The position numbers and the translations under genes were made by a program. DNA of 44,720 nt from Babesia bigemina (Eukaryota): NCBI RefSeq assembly GCF_000981445.1, contig NW_012237371.1, positions 1 to 44,720 on the forward strand, given 5' to 3'. Positions 28,706 through 38,371 of this stretch are shown one piece after another (within the stretch, counting starts at the first letter, position 1; the number at the start of each line of letters is the position of its first letter). The notes below the pieces were generated by a model, which was not told where the DNA came from, did not search any database, and saw nothing but the letters and a program-made list of their open reading frames with translations.

Positions 28706-28711
28706 ATTAAC

Positions 28712-29133
28712 TTGGTCATGGCATTGGTCACCACCTTGGTCAGCACATTGGTCAGCACCTTGGTCACCACTCTGGTCATGGCATTGGTCAACACTTTGGT
28801 TATCGCATTGGTCAGCACATTGGTCAGCACCTTGGTCAGCACTTTGGTCAGCACTTTGGTCACCACGTTGGTCACCACTTTGGTCAACACCTTGGTCAGC
28901 ACATTGGTCAGCACATTGGTCACCACGTTGGTCACCACCTTGGTCAGCACATTGGTCAGCACGTTGGTCATGGCATTGGTCAGCACATTGGTCAGCATCT
29001 TGGTCAGCATTTTGGTCATGGCATTGGTCAGCACATTGGTTAACACTTTGGTCAGCACTTAGGTCATGGCATTGGTCAGGTGCTTGGTCAGCACGTTGGT
29101 CAACACTTTGGGCAGCATCTTGTTCACCACTTT
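28712..29133 (+). repeat. 12-bp minisatellite downstream of gene 5
   Basis: Same consensus. Confidence 0.95.
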
Positions 29134-29255
29134 AGTTAACTATTACACAATCACATACAACGATTAATAAGTGATTCAACAGATTAAACAACAATTCTTA
29201 TGTTAGGTGAGTAGGTGATGCTAGGTGAGTGTAGGTAGTGAACACGTGAGTGCGA

Positions 29256-32200
29256 TTATGGTTGCAGGTAAAACACCCTGTTAAGCTTGTTAACGCGTGC
29301 AGCAGCAAGTAGTGATTGCGCAGCTATACGATGCGATGATGGTGAGTGTAAGTGAGATTTGATGTGGAGGAGGTCGAGGCGGATGACCATGATGTGGATG
29401 AGGTACAGGACAGAGAGGAGCCAGAGCGCTACAACAAGATAGGAGAACGGTTCACGGATTTTCCACAGGAAGTTGTCACACTCCTCAAACAACTTTACAA
29501 AATATTCAGATGTCAACACATTCTTCAATTGACTACAGAAATCGGAACACTTCTTCGGCGATTGCTTGTCATTCAACGTCGACGCTTCCCCAAAGACGAA
29601 ACCAAATTGGTAGAGCGTTGGTGCGACGCCTTTGCAGTCGACGATGGAAGGGCATTGACAAATGGCAGATGGCTTATCATCATCAACGACACCATGCTCT
29701 CCCTTCTTACACTTATCACCGCGGAGACATCCACGGCATCCCCAGTCCTGGCAGTTGATGGAGCAGAAGGCGTTGTAGAGATTGTTGAGTAGATCCCAGA
29801 ATGTCCACGGGAGGTAGATGGCCCATGACAAGTATGTGTTGGATTGTTTCTTTGCAAGGTGATGATATGAATCGATGCATAGGGATGAGAGATAAGGAGC
29901 GCAATTGACACCGTCAACGGTACATGGTTTTGCTATCGCAAGACTTGACAAGTCAGCGTATGCATGAAGATGATTTTTATCGCCGTATTTGGTATGCGTG
30001 CTACCATATGCGTCACGTAGTTTGTCGGTGAGCGTGCTGGGTGGCTCATATAGATTAATAGACCGGTCGGTGATGGATGCTTCAATGGACTGCTTAATGC
30101 TATGACTTCGTGTCGATTTGTCATCATTCCACCCTTTTACAAAGGATAATGCAAAACCAAAATGTTCCGGTAACGTGGATGGCGTTTTAGCTTGCAAGCT
30201 GAATAGTACCTTTAGGTTGCCGTTGTCGAAGAATTTGCCCAGCACGTTGCATATGTCTCTGCCTTCACGCTTGGTCCCAGAGAAACCTCGGAATCCGAGA
30301 GGGGTCAAGCAGGGCATTCCAGGCATCGATCTCGGGCAGGTAGTACATTTCGCTTTGCAGCCAATGTCACTCAAAACGTGAGGTAAATGGCCAGGTAAGC
30401 AATCGTTCAGATAGGACATCAACGGCGATTTTGGTTGGCAATTTGGTTCGCACTTTGCTTGATCATTTGGTTGGCACGTTACTTTGCTGCTTGAGTGTTC
30501 ACTGCAGGGCCAATTGGTCGTCTGTACGTCTTTGCCATAATGGCAACCTGCCCACCCGTACTCTCTCGCGGCGGTGCTGCACTGCGCCTCCAGGTATTTG
30601 AGTGGCGGGAACAATCTGCGGAGGATGTCGAGAAACATGTCAAGGCATTCCTCAGCCGACGTCGGATATCGGAATTTGAGAGAGTTGTTGCAGAAGTCAA
30701 CGCCGTACGTTGTGTATTCGTCGCCGTGACCGATGATGCGAGTCAGCACGTCATGCGATGTTGCGCAAATATGGTCGACGGCTGCGGTTATGTGGCCATA
30801 TCGGATCTTACTCGGGAACACGTCCACGTAGTACGATGTCAAATCGTCATATTCAGCATCCAATTCCAATCCGTCGTCGCTCGCCTGTATTATCTTCTTC
30901 TTCGGTTTCTCCATCAGACCAGTGAAACCATCGCGCACAAATATCTCGTAAACCGAATTATAATGCAAACCAGCGCACCAAATAAGCATCTCGTACACGG
31001 AACATGGATTACGTTTGGCAGTGAAAGATGCCATGTGGCCGAGTGTATAGTACGTCTCCAGGTGGCAATGGAGGCACTTGAGAACGTCGAAGAAATCAAA
31101 CTCGAGACTTTTAATCTTATTACCATTTGAATCTTTATTTGTCTCACATTCAAGGAGATGGCTAACTTCTGTATTCGAAGTGTATTTCTTCTCCTTAAGT
31201 CTCAGTCGTATCTGATTCCCTGTCATCTTGTCACTGCGCTGCAGTTCACCGTCCTGCTTATCCCTATTGGAAACAACGTAACCGCAATCACTTAAAAATG
31301 TACCGAGACCGCTAATACGATGTATTTCTTTAGTACTCCATTGTAGTTCACATTTCTTGCTTAGGTCAGTCAACCCACCAACCAGTATCTCCACTATCGT
31401 CAGGCAGACCTTGGCGCAGTTGCGACCCTCAGGGGTTAAAACGGTAACAGTTTTTGGAGGACTGTCGGGTTTTTCAGAATCAGTAACTCGCTTAGTTGTC
31501 CACAATTGACCCTCGAATTGTTTACCCGAGTACCTGTTCACGTACGCGAGGCCGAGTTGCGCGGCGAATTCGGCGAGGCCGGCCTTGAGGGGGGCGAGGA
31601 GGGGGGAGGGGGAGTCGGCAAAAGATGAGGGATGTAAAGCGTTAAGAATGCCATTAAGATCATTGCGTAAGTCGACGAATGTGTGATCGTAGGCGTATAA
31701 TTTTGGTTTTTCGAGGTGGTCGAATAATTTTTCAAGTTGGTCAAGAATACCAGTTACCTTGGGAGAGTAGTCGACCTTGGGGGACGTCTGCTTTTCTAAC
31801 AATTCTTTGATGTCCCTAATTATATACATAAGATATGTACGTAGATATGTTTTAACGTATGGAGACGCTTGACTTATAATCACGCTGTGTTCTTCTATTT
31901 TGTTCTTGAGTTGAATGAGCATATTGTTAGTATCCGACGAACTGGCGGGCATTTTGGATTTTACGTAAACCGAAACACCACTCAGCGTCTTCAGCATCCC
32001 CTTCACGCCCGTCACCCTGTCCTTCGCGATTATGTCTTGCACCGCCTTCAGCTGCCGGTCGACGAGGGAGCGGAGGGCGGCGAGGTGGGCGCGGTGGGAC
32101 TCGGCGAAGAGACTTTTAACCTCTCGTACCATTGATGTGAAAGCGTTTTCAGTGACGCGAAGTAGTTCAACTTTGAGGTCTTTGACGGCGTTTTGGATAT

Positions 32201-34475
32201 GATCGTGTGCTGTGCCAACAGCGGTCTCGACCCCAATAATTGCGTCAGTTAATGCCTTCTCGGCGTCCTTGACGTTCGTTTCTACGTTCCGAATCCTATC
32301 AAACAGCTGACCTTTCAACACTTCCATATGATATTCAGCTGCCTTTTGATTTATCTCCACATTACCCGTCTCATCGGCTCGTTGGATTTTCTCCAGCGTT
32401 TCCACCACGGAGGCGATTGAGGCAAGTTTACCATTCATAGAGCCGTTGCCTCCTTGTACTATCAATTTATCAAGATTCGCTATCTTCTCTCTAACGCTTT
32501 TCAATGCTGCGTCAATAGTATTTCCAGTGTGTTGGGGTTTATAGAAATTATTGCCGAACTCTTCGAGTTTTTTCATAGCCGTTTCCACGTATTCTATGTG
32601 AGAGATAACTGTGAATCTCTCGATTTCGGGGCCAGTTTGCCGGGCGACATCGACGAGTTGTCGGAGGATCGAGTGAACGACGCTTTTAAGAGTATAATGG
32701 CTGTATGAGGACGCATTCGCTGCCTTAACTTTGCGTCCTATAGCATGCAGTATATCTTCCAAAAACATTTCAAACCCCGTGTCCTTAAGCTTATATCCTA
32801 GTTCAGTCGCAAATTGGTTGCAGCCACTGTTTAGCGCTTTAACATACATTCTTATCTTTGGTAATGAATGGCGCGAAGCTTCCGCATCTTCCATATGCCG
32901 TTTTACAAGTGCACTAGCCTGGCCAATGATAGTCTGAAGTTCGGTCTTTATCGCTTCTATGATCGTAGGATGTAAATCCTCTACTTGCTTGATGTCAGTA
33001 TTGAAATTATTCGCAAACTGCGTTTTACCTTTTTTAGCATATGATTGGCCATTCTGGTCTTCATTTTTGTTGAACTTGTAATACGTTTTCAGTAAGCTAC
33101 AAATCTCCTCTTCCTTAAGAATTTTCCTTACCCACTCCTCCACTTTTGTTTTGAACCCGTCCCCGTTAAACATAAGAGCATATTGCTTAATGCCGTCGAC
33201 GACTTGCGATAGACCCGCATTTGGGGGTTCAGTCGATGTGCCATTAACACCATTAACAAGCCTACTAATTTTCAATTGAAGATCAAACCAATGTTTTTCT
33301 ATACTATCCACGGTACCCCCTTCAGCAATATTACTGATAGTATTCTGTTTCAACGTCGCGAAATGCTCCTCCGCCTGGTCCACTAAAGAATGGAGTTCCG
33401 CATTATTGCGCTGTAGCGAACCGTGAGCACTTTCTACTTTCTTTCTTATATCAGAGAATAATGTCAAAATATTCTTCTTAAAATTGGTTTCATACTCACC
33501 AAATTCGCTTGTAATAGTGCCCTTTGTTATACCAATGATATTAAGGATATCGTTGATGTGTTTCCTTTTTTCGTCACTCAATCTACCAATGGATTCCAAG
33601 ATTTTTGTGAACTCCTTATGTAATATGTCGTTCAGCGTATTGCATCTCTGAATTATCGTGTTCACAATATGCGCTTGGTGAACTGTCATCTCATTGTCCA
33701 CGTGTTGCGCCTGCTGCATCAGAGCACTATTCATAGAGGTCTCATAAAATGCCTTCACGGTCTCTTCCACCACTTTTACCGGCGTTTCTAACTTTTTACA
33801 GAGCGCTGAGTCCAATGTTTTTCTCGCCTCATCGGCTTGCTGAGCATTTTGTAGGTACAGCCTAGTAAGGTTACGCCACTTATCATGTTGGTGCTGTAGG
33901 GATTCATTTTTTAAGGTTTCGAATTTCTTATCATATTTGTTCATGTCAATTTTCATGGTTTCCATTGGTTCTTTGAATTTTTCAATTTGTTCATTTACTT
34001 TCTCTTCATACCCCCCCAACCACCCCTTCACCGCGCCGACAGACGCCACAAGTCCAGTACGCCCGGAGCCAATATTATTATTTAACAAGTCTAGTACATC
34101 TTTGAGTTTTTTATTGTCTCCAGTGATGTAATTATCATAAGTTGTCACTTCATTTTCGTTTTTAACTGCTTCAAGCACACCACTCAAAAATCCCATCACC
34201 CCGTCACACAGCCTATCCAGGTCAGAGTAGACAATACCAGTGCCGTCGTAGCCTTTGGAGTCAGAGTTGAAGCCGAGAAATTTTTCGAGGCCAGTACAGA
34301 GGTTAGTAAGGATGTTAGTAGGATTGTTTTTTAAGGTATTTTTAAGGTTCAAAATTTTACCAAATTCCTTGCCAAGCTCCCTAGGCGGCACATGGTCAGC
34401 GCAGTGGCAAGAGGTGGAAGAGGGGAAGAGAAGGGTGACAGGGCACAAGTTATAGTCATGGTTTATAGAGGTCAT
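29256..34475 (-). CDS. Gene 5: VESA1-like variant surface antigen, tail type A
   Basis: 1739-aa ORF intact from leader ATG (MTSINHDYNLC); same motifs as the other copies. Confidence 0.85.
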   Translation of the reverse strand: MTSINHDYNLCPVTLLFPSSTSCHCADHVPPRELGKEFGKILNLKNTLKNNPTNILTNLCTGLEKFLGFNSDSKGYDGTGIVYSDLDRLCDGVMGFLSGVLEAVKNENEVTTYDNYITGDNKKLKDVLDLLNNNIGSGRTGLVASVGAVKGWLGGYEEKVNEQIEKFKEPMETMKIDMNKYDKKFETLKNESLQHQHDKWRNLTRLYLQNAQQADEARKTLDSALCKKLETPVKVVEETVKAFYETSMNSALMQQAQHVDNEMTVHQAHIVNTIIQRCNTLNDILHKEFTKILESIGRLSDEKRKHINDILNIIGITKGTITSEFGEYETNFKKNILTLFSDIRKKVESAHGSLQRNNAELHSLVDQAEEHFATLKQNTISNIAEGGTVDSIEKHWFDLQLKISRLVNGVNGTSTEPPNAGLSQVVDGIKQYALMFNGDGFKTKVEEWVRKILKEEEICSLLKTYYKFNKNEDQNGQSYAKKGKTQFANNFNTDIKQVEDLHPTIIEAIKTELQTIIGQASALVKRHMEDAEASRHSLPKIRMYVKALNSGCNQFATELGYKLKDTGFEMFLEDILHAIGRKVKAANASSYSHYTLKSVVHSILRQLVDVARQTGPEIERFTVISHIEYVETAMKKLEEFGNNFYKPQHTGNTIDAALKSVREKIANLDKLIVQGGNGSMNGKLASIASVVETLEKIQRADETGNVEINQKAAEYHMEVLKGQLFDRIRNVETNVKDAEKALTDAIIGVETAVGTAHDHIQNAVKDLKVELLRVTENAFTSMVREVKSLFAESHRAHLAALRSLVDRQLKAVQDIIAKDRVTGVKGMLKTLSGVSVYVKSKMPASSSDTNNMLIQLKNKIEEHSVIISQASPYVKTYLRTYLMYIIRDIKELLEKQTSPKVDYSPKVTGILDQLEKLFDHLEKPKLYAYDHTFVDLRNDLNGILNALHPSSFADSPSPLLAPLKAGLAEFAAQLGLAYVNRYSGKQFEGQLWTTKRVTDSEKPDSPPKTVTVLTPEGRNCAKVCLTIVEILVGGLTDLSKKCELQWSTKEIHRISGLGTFLSDCGYVVSNRDKQDGELQRSDKMTGNQIRLRLKEKKYTSNTEVSHLLECETNKDSNGNKIKSLEFDFFDVLKCLHCHLETYYTLGHMASFTAKRNPCSVYEMLIWCAGLHYNSVYEIFVRDGFTGLMEKPKKKIIQASDDGLELDAEYDDLTSYYVDVFPSKIRYGHITAAVDHICATSHDVLTRIIGHGDEYTTYGVDFCNNSLKFRYPTSAEECLDMFLDILRRLFPPLKYLEAQCSTAAREYGWAGCHYGKDVQTTNWPCSEHSSSKVTCQPNDQAKCEPNCQPKSPLMSYLNDCLPGHLPHVLSDIGCKAKCTTCPRSMPGMPCLTPLGFRGFSGTKREGRDICNVLGKFFDNGNLKVLFSLQAKTPSTLPEHFGFALSFVKGWNDDKSTRSHSIKQSIEASITDRSINLYEPPSTLTDKLRDAYGSTHTKYGDKNHLHAYADLSSLAIAKPCTVDGVNCAPYLSSLCIDSYHHLAKKQSNTYLSWAIYLPWTFWDLLNNLYNAFCSINCQDWGCRGCLRGDKCKKGEHGVVDDDKPSAICQCPSIVDCKGVAPTLYQFGFVFGEASTLNDKQSPKKCSDFCSQLKNVLTSEYFVKLFEECDNFLWKIREPFSYLVVALWLLSVLYLIHIMVIRLDLLHIKSHLHSPSSHRIAAQSLLAAARVNKLNRVFYLQP

Positions 34476-34499
34476 AGCGATATTATGGCGAAGTAATTC

Positions 34500-35680
34500 G
34501 AGCGATGTAGAGTGGATAAAGGGGCGATGTAGAGTGGGTTAAGGAGCGATGTAGAGTGGGTTAAAGGGCGATGTAGAGTGGGTTAGGGAGCGATGTAGAG
34601 TGGGTTAAGGGGCGATGTAGAGTGGGTTAAGGGGCGATGTAGAGTGGATAAAGGGGCGATGTAGAGTGGGTAAGGGGCGATGTAGAGTGGATTAGGGAGC
34701 GATGTAGAGTGGGTAAAGGGGCGATGTAGAGTGGGTTAAGGGGCGATGTAGAGTGGATAAAGGAGCGATGTAGAGTGGATAAAGGAGCGATGTAGAGTGG
34801 GTTAAGGAGCGATGTAGAGTGGATAAAGGGGCGATGTAGAGTGGATAAAGGGGCGATGTAGAGTGGATAAAGGGGCGATGTAGAGTGGATAAAGGGGCGA
34901 TGTAGAGTGGGTTAGGGAGCGATGTAGAGTGGATAAAGGGGCGATGTGGAGTGGGTTAGGGAGCGATGTGGAGTGGGTTAGGAGCGATGTAGAGTGGGTT
35001 AGGGAGCGATGTAGAGTGGGTTAAGGGGCGATGTAGAGTGGGTTAAGGAGCGATGTAGAGTGGGTAAAGGGGCGATGTAGAGTGGATAAGGGGCGATGTA
35101 GAGTGGGTAAAGGGGCGATGTGGAGTGGATAAAGGGGCGATGTAGAGTGGGTAAAGGGGCGATGTAGAGTGGGTTAAGGGGCGATGTAGAGTGTGTTAAG
35201 GGGCGATGAGGAGTGGGTAAAGGGGCGATGTAGAGTGGGTTAAGGGGCGATGTAGGGTGGGTAAAGGGGCGATGTGGAGTGGATAAAGGGGCGATGTAGA
35301 GTGGGTAAAGGGGCGATGTAGAGTGGGTAAGGGGCGATGTGGAGTGGGTTAGGGAGCGATGTAGAGTGGATAAGGGGCGATGTAGAGTGGGTTAGGGGGC
35401 GATGTAGAGTGGGCTAGGGAGCGATGTAGAGTGGGTTAAGGGGCGATGTAGAGTGGGTTAAGGGGCGATGTAGAGTGGATTAGGGAGCGATGGAGAGTGG
35501 ATGAAGGGGCGATGTAGAGTGGATAAAGGGGCGATGTAGAGTGGATAAAGGAGCGATGTAGAGTGGATAAAGGGGCGATGTAGAGTGGGTAAAGGGGCGA
35601 TGTAGAGTGGGTAAGGGAGCGATGTGGAGTGGGTTAGGGAGCGATGTGGAGTGGGTTAAGGGGCGATGTAGAGTGGGTAA
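34500..35680 (+). repeat. 22-bp minisatellite array upstream of gene 5 (~54 units)
   Basis: Same consensus. Confidence 0.97.
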
Positions 35681-35696
35681 TAATCACCACTTGTGT

Positions 35697-35892
35697 CACT
35701 GTCCTCGCTGCCGTAACCATGTCATCGCTGCCGTAACCATGTCATCGCTGCCGTGACCATGTCATCGCTACCGTGTCCATGTCATCGCTGCCGTGACCAT
35801 GTCATCGCTACCGTGTCCATCAACTGCCATCGCTGCCGTAACCAGTAACTGGGTCAGGTGGTTGGTCACCACTGTCATCGCTGCCGTAACCA
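35697..35892 (+). repeat. 20-bp minisatellite array
   Basis: Same consensus, interrupted by 12-bp-type units near 35850-35873. Confidence 0.9.
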
Positions 35893-35896
35893 TCAA

Positions 35897-36110
35897 CTTG
35901 GTCACCACGTTGGTCATCGCATTGGTCATGGCATTGGTCACCACTTTGGTCAGCACATAGGTCATCACCTTGGTCAACACGTTGGTCAGCACTTTGGTCA
36001 GCACTCTGGTCAGCACTCTGGTCAGCACGTTGGTCACCACCTTGGTCAGCACGTTGGTCACCACCTTGGTCACCACCTTGGTCACCACCTTGGTCACCAC
36101 CTTGGTCATC
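35897..36110 (+). repeat. 12-bp minisatellite downstream of the small TM-gene locus
   Basis: Same consensus; homogeneous TTGGTCACCACC run at its right end. Confidence 0.95.
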
Positions 36111-36112
36111 TA

Positions 36113-36447
36113 ATTGATCATCAACGCAACCATTACTGTCTATAACATTAGATGTCAGTTGCCAGTTGGGTGGTCGGTGGGATATGGATTAACAATTTCA
36201 GCACTAACAAATTGCTGAGATCAGCTGTAGAACGCGATGCAGAAGGGTATCTTGCGGACGAGGAAATCGCGGATGTTGCGGCCTACCGGAAAGCGGAAGA
36301 TGCACAGGTCGAGCAGGATGATGGCGACGATGAGGGCAACGATGACGGAGGCAATGGCCTGGGGGATGCTCACCTCACTCTTCATGTCATTGAACATCAA
36401 CGCAATTACTACTTTCTGTAACATTAGACATCAGTTGCCAGTTAGGT
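36113..36447. repeat. 59-bp dispersed direct repeat (36113-36171 and 36389-36447)
   Basis: Manual alignment gives 50/59 identity with no gaps. Confidence 0.85.
36221..36424 (-). CDS. Short TM + cytoplasmic tail module (gene fragment or terminal exon)
   Basis: 67-aa ORF with hydrophobic AIASVIVALIVAIILLDLCIF followed by RFPVGRNIRDFLVRKIPFCIAFYS. Confidence 0.45.
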   Translation of the reverse strand: MLQKVVIALMFNDMKSEVSIPQAIASVIVALIVAIILLDLCIFRFPVGRNIRDFLVRKIPFCIAFYS

Positions 36448-36455
36448 TATTCTGC

Positions 36456-36914
36456 TTAGCTGCGCAGTAGGTACCGCACCCTGTGGAACGGCCGGATGCG
36501 GAAGTAGACCATGACGCAGATGACGACGATGATGAGCGCGACGGGGGCGATGATGTAAGGGACGGGGGAGGATGATGAATTAGAGGGGCTTGCGGAATGC
36601 TGTGACATGGTAGAAGAGGTGACACGGGAAGAGGTAATCGAATGCTCTTGACCGGAGGAACGCTGTTCAAGCGCGACACGCTGCGCTTGGAGTTTGGCGG
36701 CATCGCGTACAGTTCTACGACAGAAACACATACATGTGTCTTTGTCACATTTTATATATCCTTCACGATGGCATTCATCTCTACTTTTACGAGGGAAGTA
36801 GGTATCGCGACATACAGGACATAATCCACTACAGCCTCCACAGGACACGTGACAGCATCTACAATTAGACTTTGTACATCCGGTGCCACACTTACAGTGC
36901 TCCCACCAAGTCAT
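36456..36914 (-). CDS. Small Cys-rich single-pass membrane protein (main exon); Cys-rich ectodomain, Ser/Thr stalk, TM, short basic tail
   Basis: 152-aa ORF with many Cys in the first ~65 aa, an S/T-rich linker, hydrophobic YIIAPVALIIVVICVMVYF, then RIRPFHRVRYLLRS. Confidence 0.6.
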   Translation of the reverse strand: MTWWEHCKCGTGCTKSNCRCCHVSCGGCSGLCPVCRDTYFPRKSRDECHREGYIKCDKDTCMCFCRRTVRDAAKLQAQRVALEQRSSGQEHSITSSRVTSSTMSQHSASPSNSSSSPVPYIIAPVALIIVVICVMVYFRIRPFHRVRYLLRS

Positions 36915-36930
36915 CTTGCCGCTCCGCTCC

Positions 36931-37170
36931 CAGTCCCCTCAACCTGCAAACATATCAATCACCTAGCAACGCACTCACCAACTGCAACGCGTACCACTGC
37001 CGCTACCAGCCCCCTCAACCTGCAAACATATCAATCACCTATGCAAGCACTCACCAACTGCAACACTACCACTGCCGCTACCACTCCCCTCAACCTGCGA
37101 ACATATCAATCACTCAAGCAACGCACTCACCAACGGCAACACTACCACTGCCGCTACCAGTCCCCTCATC
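36931..37170 (-). repeat. Three tandem 75-76-bp units, each a 35-36-nt GT-AG intron plus a 40-41-nt exon-like segment
   Basis: cccctca recurs at 36935, 37011, 37086, 37162. Minus-strand introns GTGAGT...TTYGCAG at 37130-37095, 37054-37020, 36978-36944. Confidence 0.85.
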
Positions 37171-37172
37171 AT
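37131..37172 (-). CDS. Putative signal-peptide exon of the small Cys-rich gene (MMRGLVAAVVVLPL)
   Basis: ATG at 37172, 14 codons (basic then hydrophobic), followed directly by a GTGAGT donor and a 36-nt intron ending TTCGCAG. Confidence 0.55.
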
Positions 37173-37679
37173 CACCTACTCTCACCCCTGTATCCCCCCA
37201 GCCCGGGCCGCCGACACCCACACTGCCCGGGATACCACAGCCGCCCTGAAGCGACGCATGTGATCAGCACCAAGAGCCACTTTATATTTCACTATTCGCA
37301 ACGCCATGTAAATTGCAGCCAACCCCGTGCGCTCAACTCCCACAGTGCAGCAGCACCGTGCTACGAGCCGCGGTATCGGCGCCATGCTGGCGGAGCGTGT
37401 CGGCTACGTGCCTAAATGTGATATTAACAATCGCAACATTGCAGCCTATAAACGCTACTTAACCAGGCCAACGCGGATTACGCCACCCTGCCAGTGACTC
37501 GCAACACACGACTTAGGTCATCCGCCGCGGCGCTCACGGCCGCCTACGTTAGCAACCAATCACCCAGCCTCACGTGACACTGACTCAATGGGCAGCGCGG
37601 ACACCTCTCACAGTCAACGCGCAACTCAAAGCACCAGGCACTCAACGTGCCACAACACCTACCAAATTACGGTTCATCC

Positions 37680-38225
37680 GCCAGCTTAGCACTTTGCCTG
37701 GTTGCTAGGTTAACACGTTGCCCGAGTGCTAGGTTAGCACTTTGCCTGAGTGCTAGCTCACCACTTTGCCTGGATGCTAGCTTAACACGTTGCCTGGGTG
37801 CTCGCTTAGCACCTTGCCTGAGTGCTAGCTTACCACATTGCCTGGGTGCTAGGTCAACACGTTGCCTGGTTGCTAGCTTAGCACTTAACCTGGGTGCTAG
37901 CTTAGCACTTTGCCTGGGTGCCAGCTTACCACTTTGCCTGGGTGATAGCCTACCACTTAGCCTGGTTGCTAGCCTACCACTTTGCCTGGTTGCCAGTTTA
38001 TCACTTTGCCTGTGTGCTAGCTTTGCACTTTGCCTGAGTGCTAGCTTTGCACTTTGCCTGGTTGCTAGGTTAGCACTTTGCCTGTGTGCTAGCTTTGCAC
38101 TTTGCCTGAGTGCTAGCTTTGCACTTTGCCTGGTTGCTAGCTCAGCACTTAGCCTTGGTGCTAGCTTAGCACTTTGCCTGGGTGCCAGCTTAGCACTTTG
38201 CCTGGGTGCTAACTTAGCACATAGC
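37680..38225 (+). repeat. 24-bp minisatellite downstream of gene 6 (type B)
   Basis: Same consensus as 21632-21925. Confidence 0.95.
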
Positions 38226-38371
38226 TTGGTCCTTCACTCATCACCTAATGCATGTGCTATTTAGTTCATAGGTTGCCGCTAGAGTAATTCGATACATTAG
38301 ACTACGTTTGTCGGTTAGGTGAGTAGGTGAGATGCTAGGTGAGTTACTGTGAATTACAAACGTGAATACAA

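Noticed and set aside
36849..37415. 188-aa and 125-aa plus-strand ORFs
   Set aside because: Low-complexity shadow of the 76-bp repeat; the minus strand has much stronger splice and signal-peptide signals.
37647..38264. 205-aa LCLGASLA-repeat ORF (and 21721-21963)
   Set aside because: Translation of the 24-bp minisatellite on the strand opposite all real genes; no conserved ATG.
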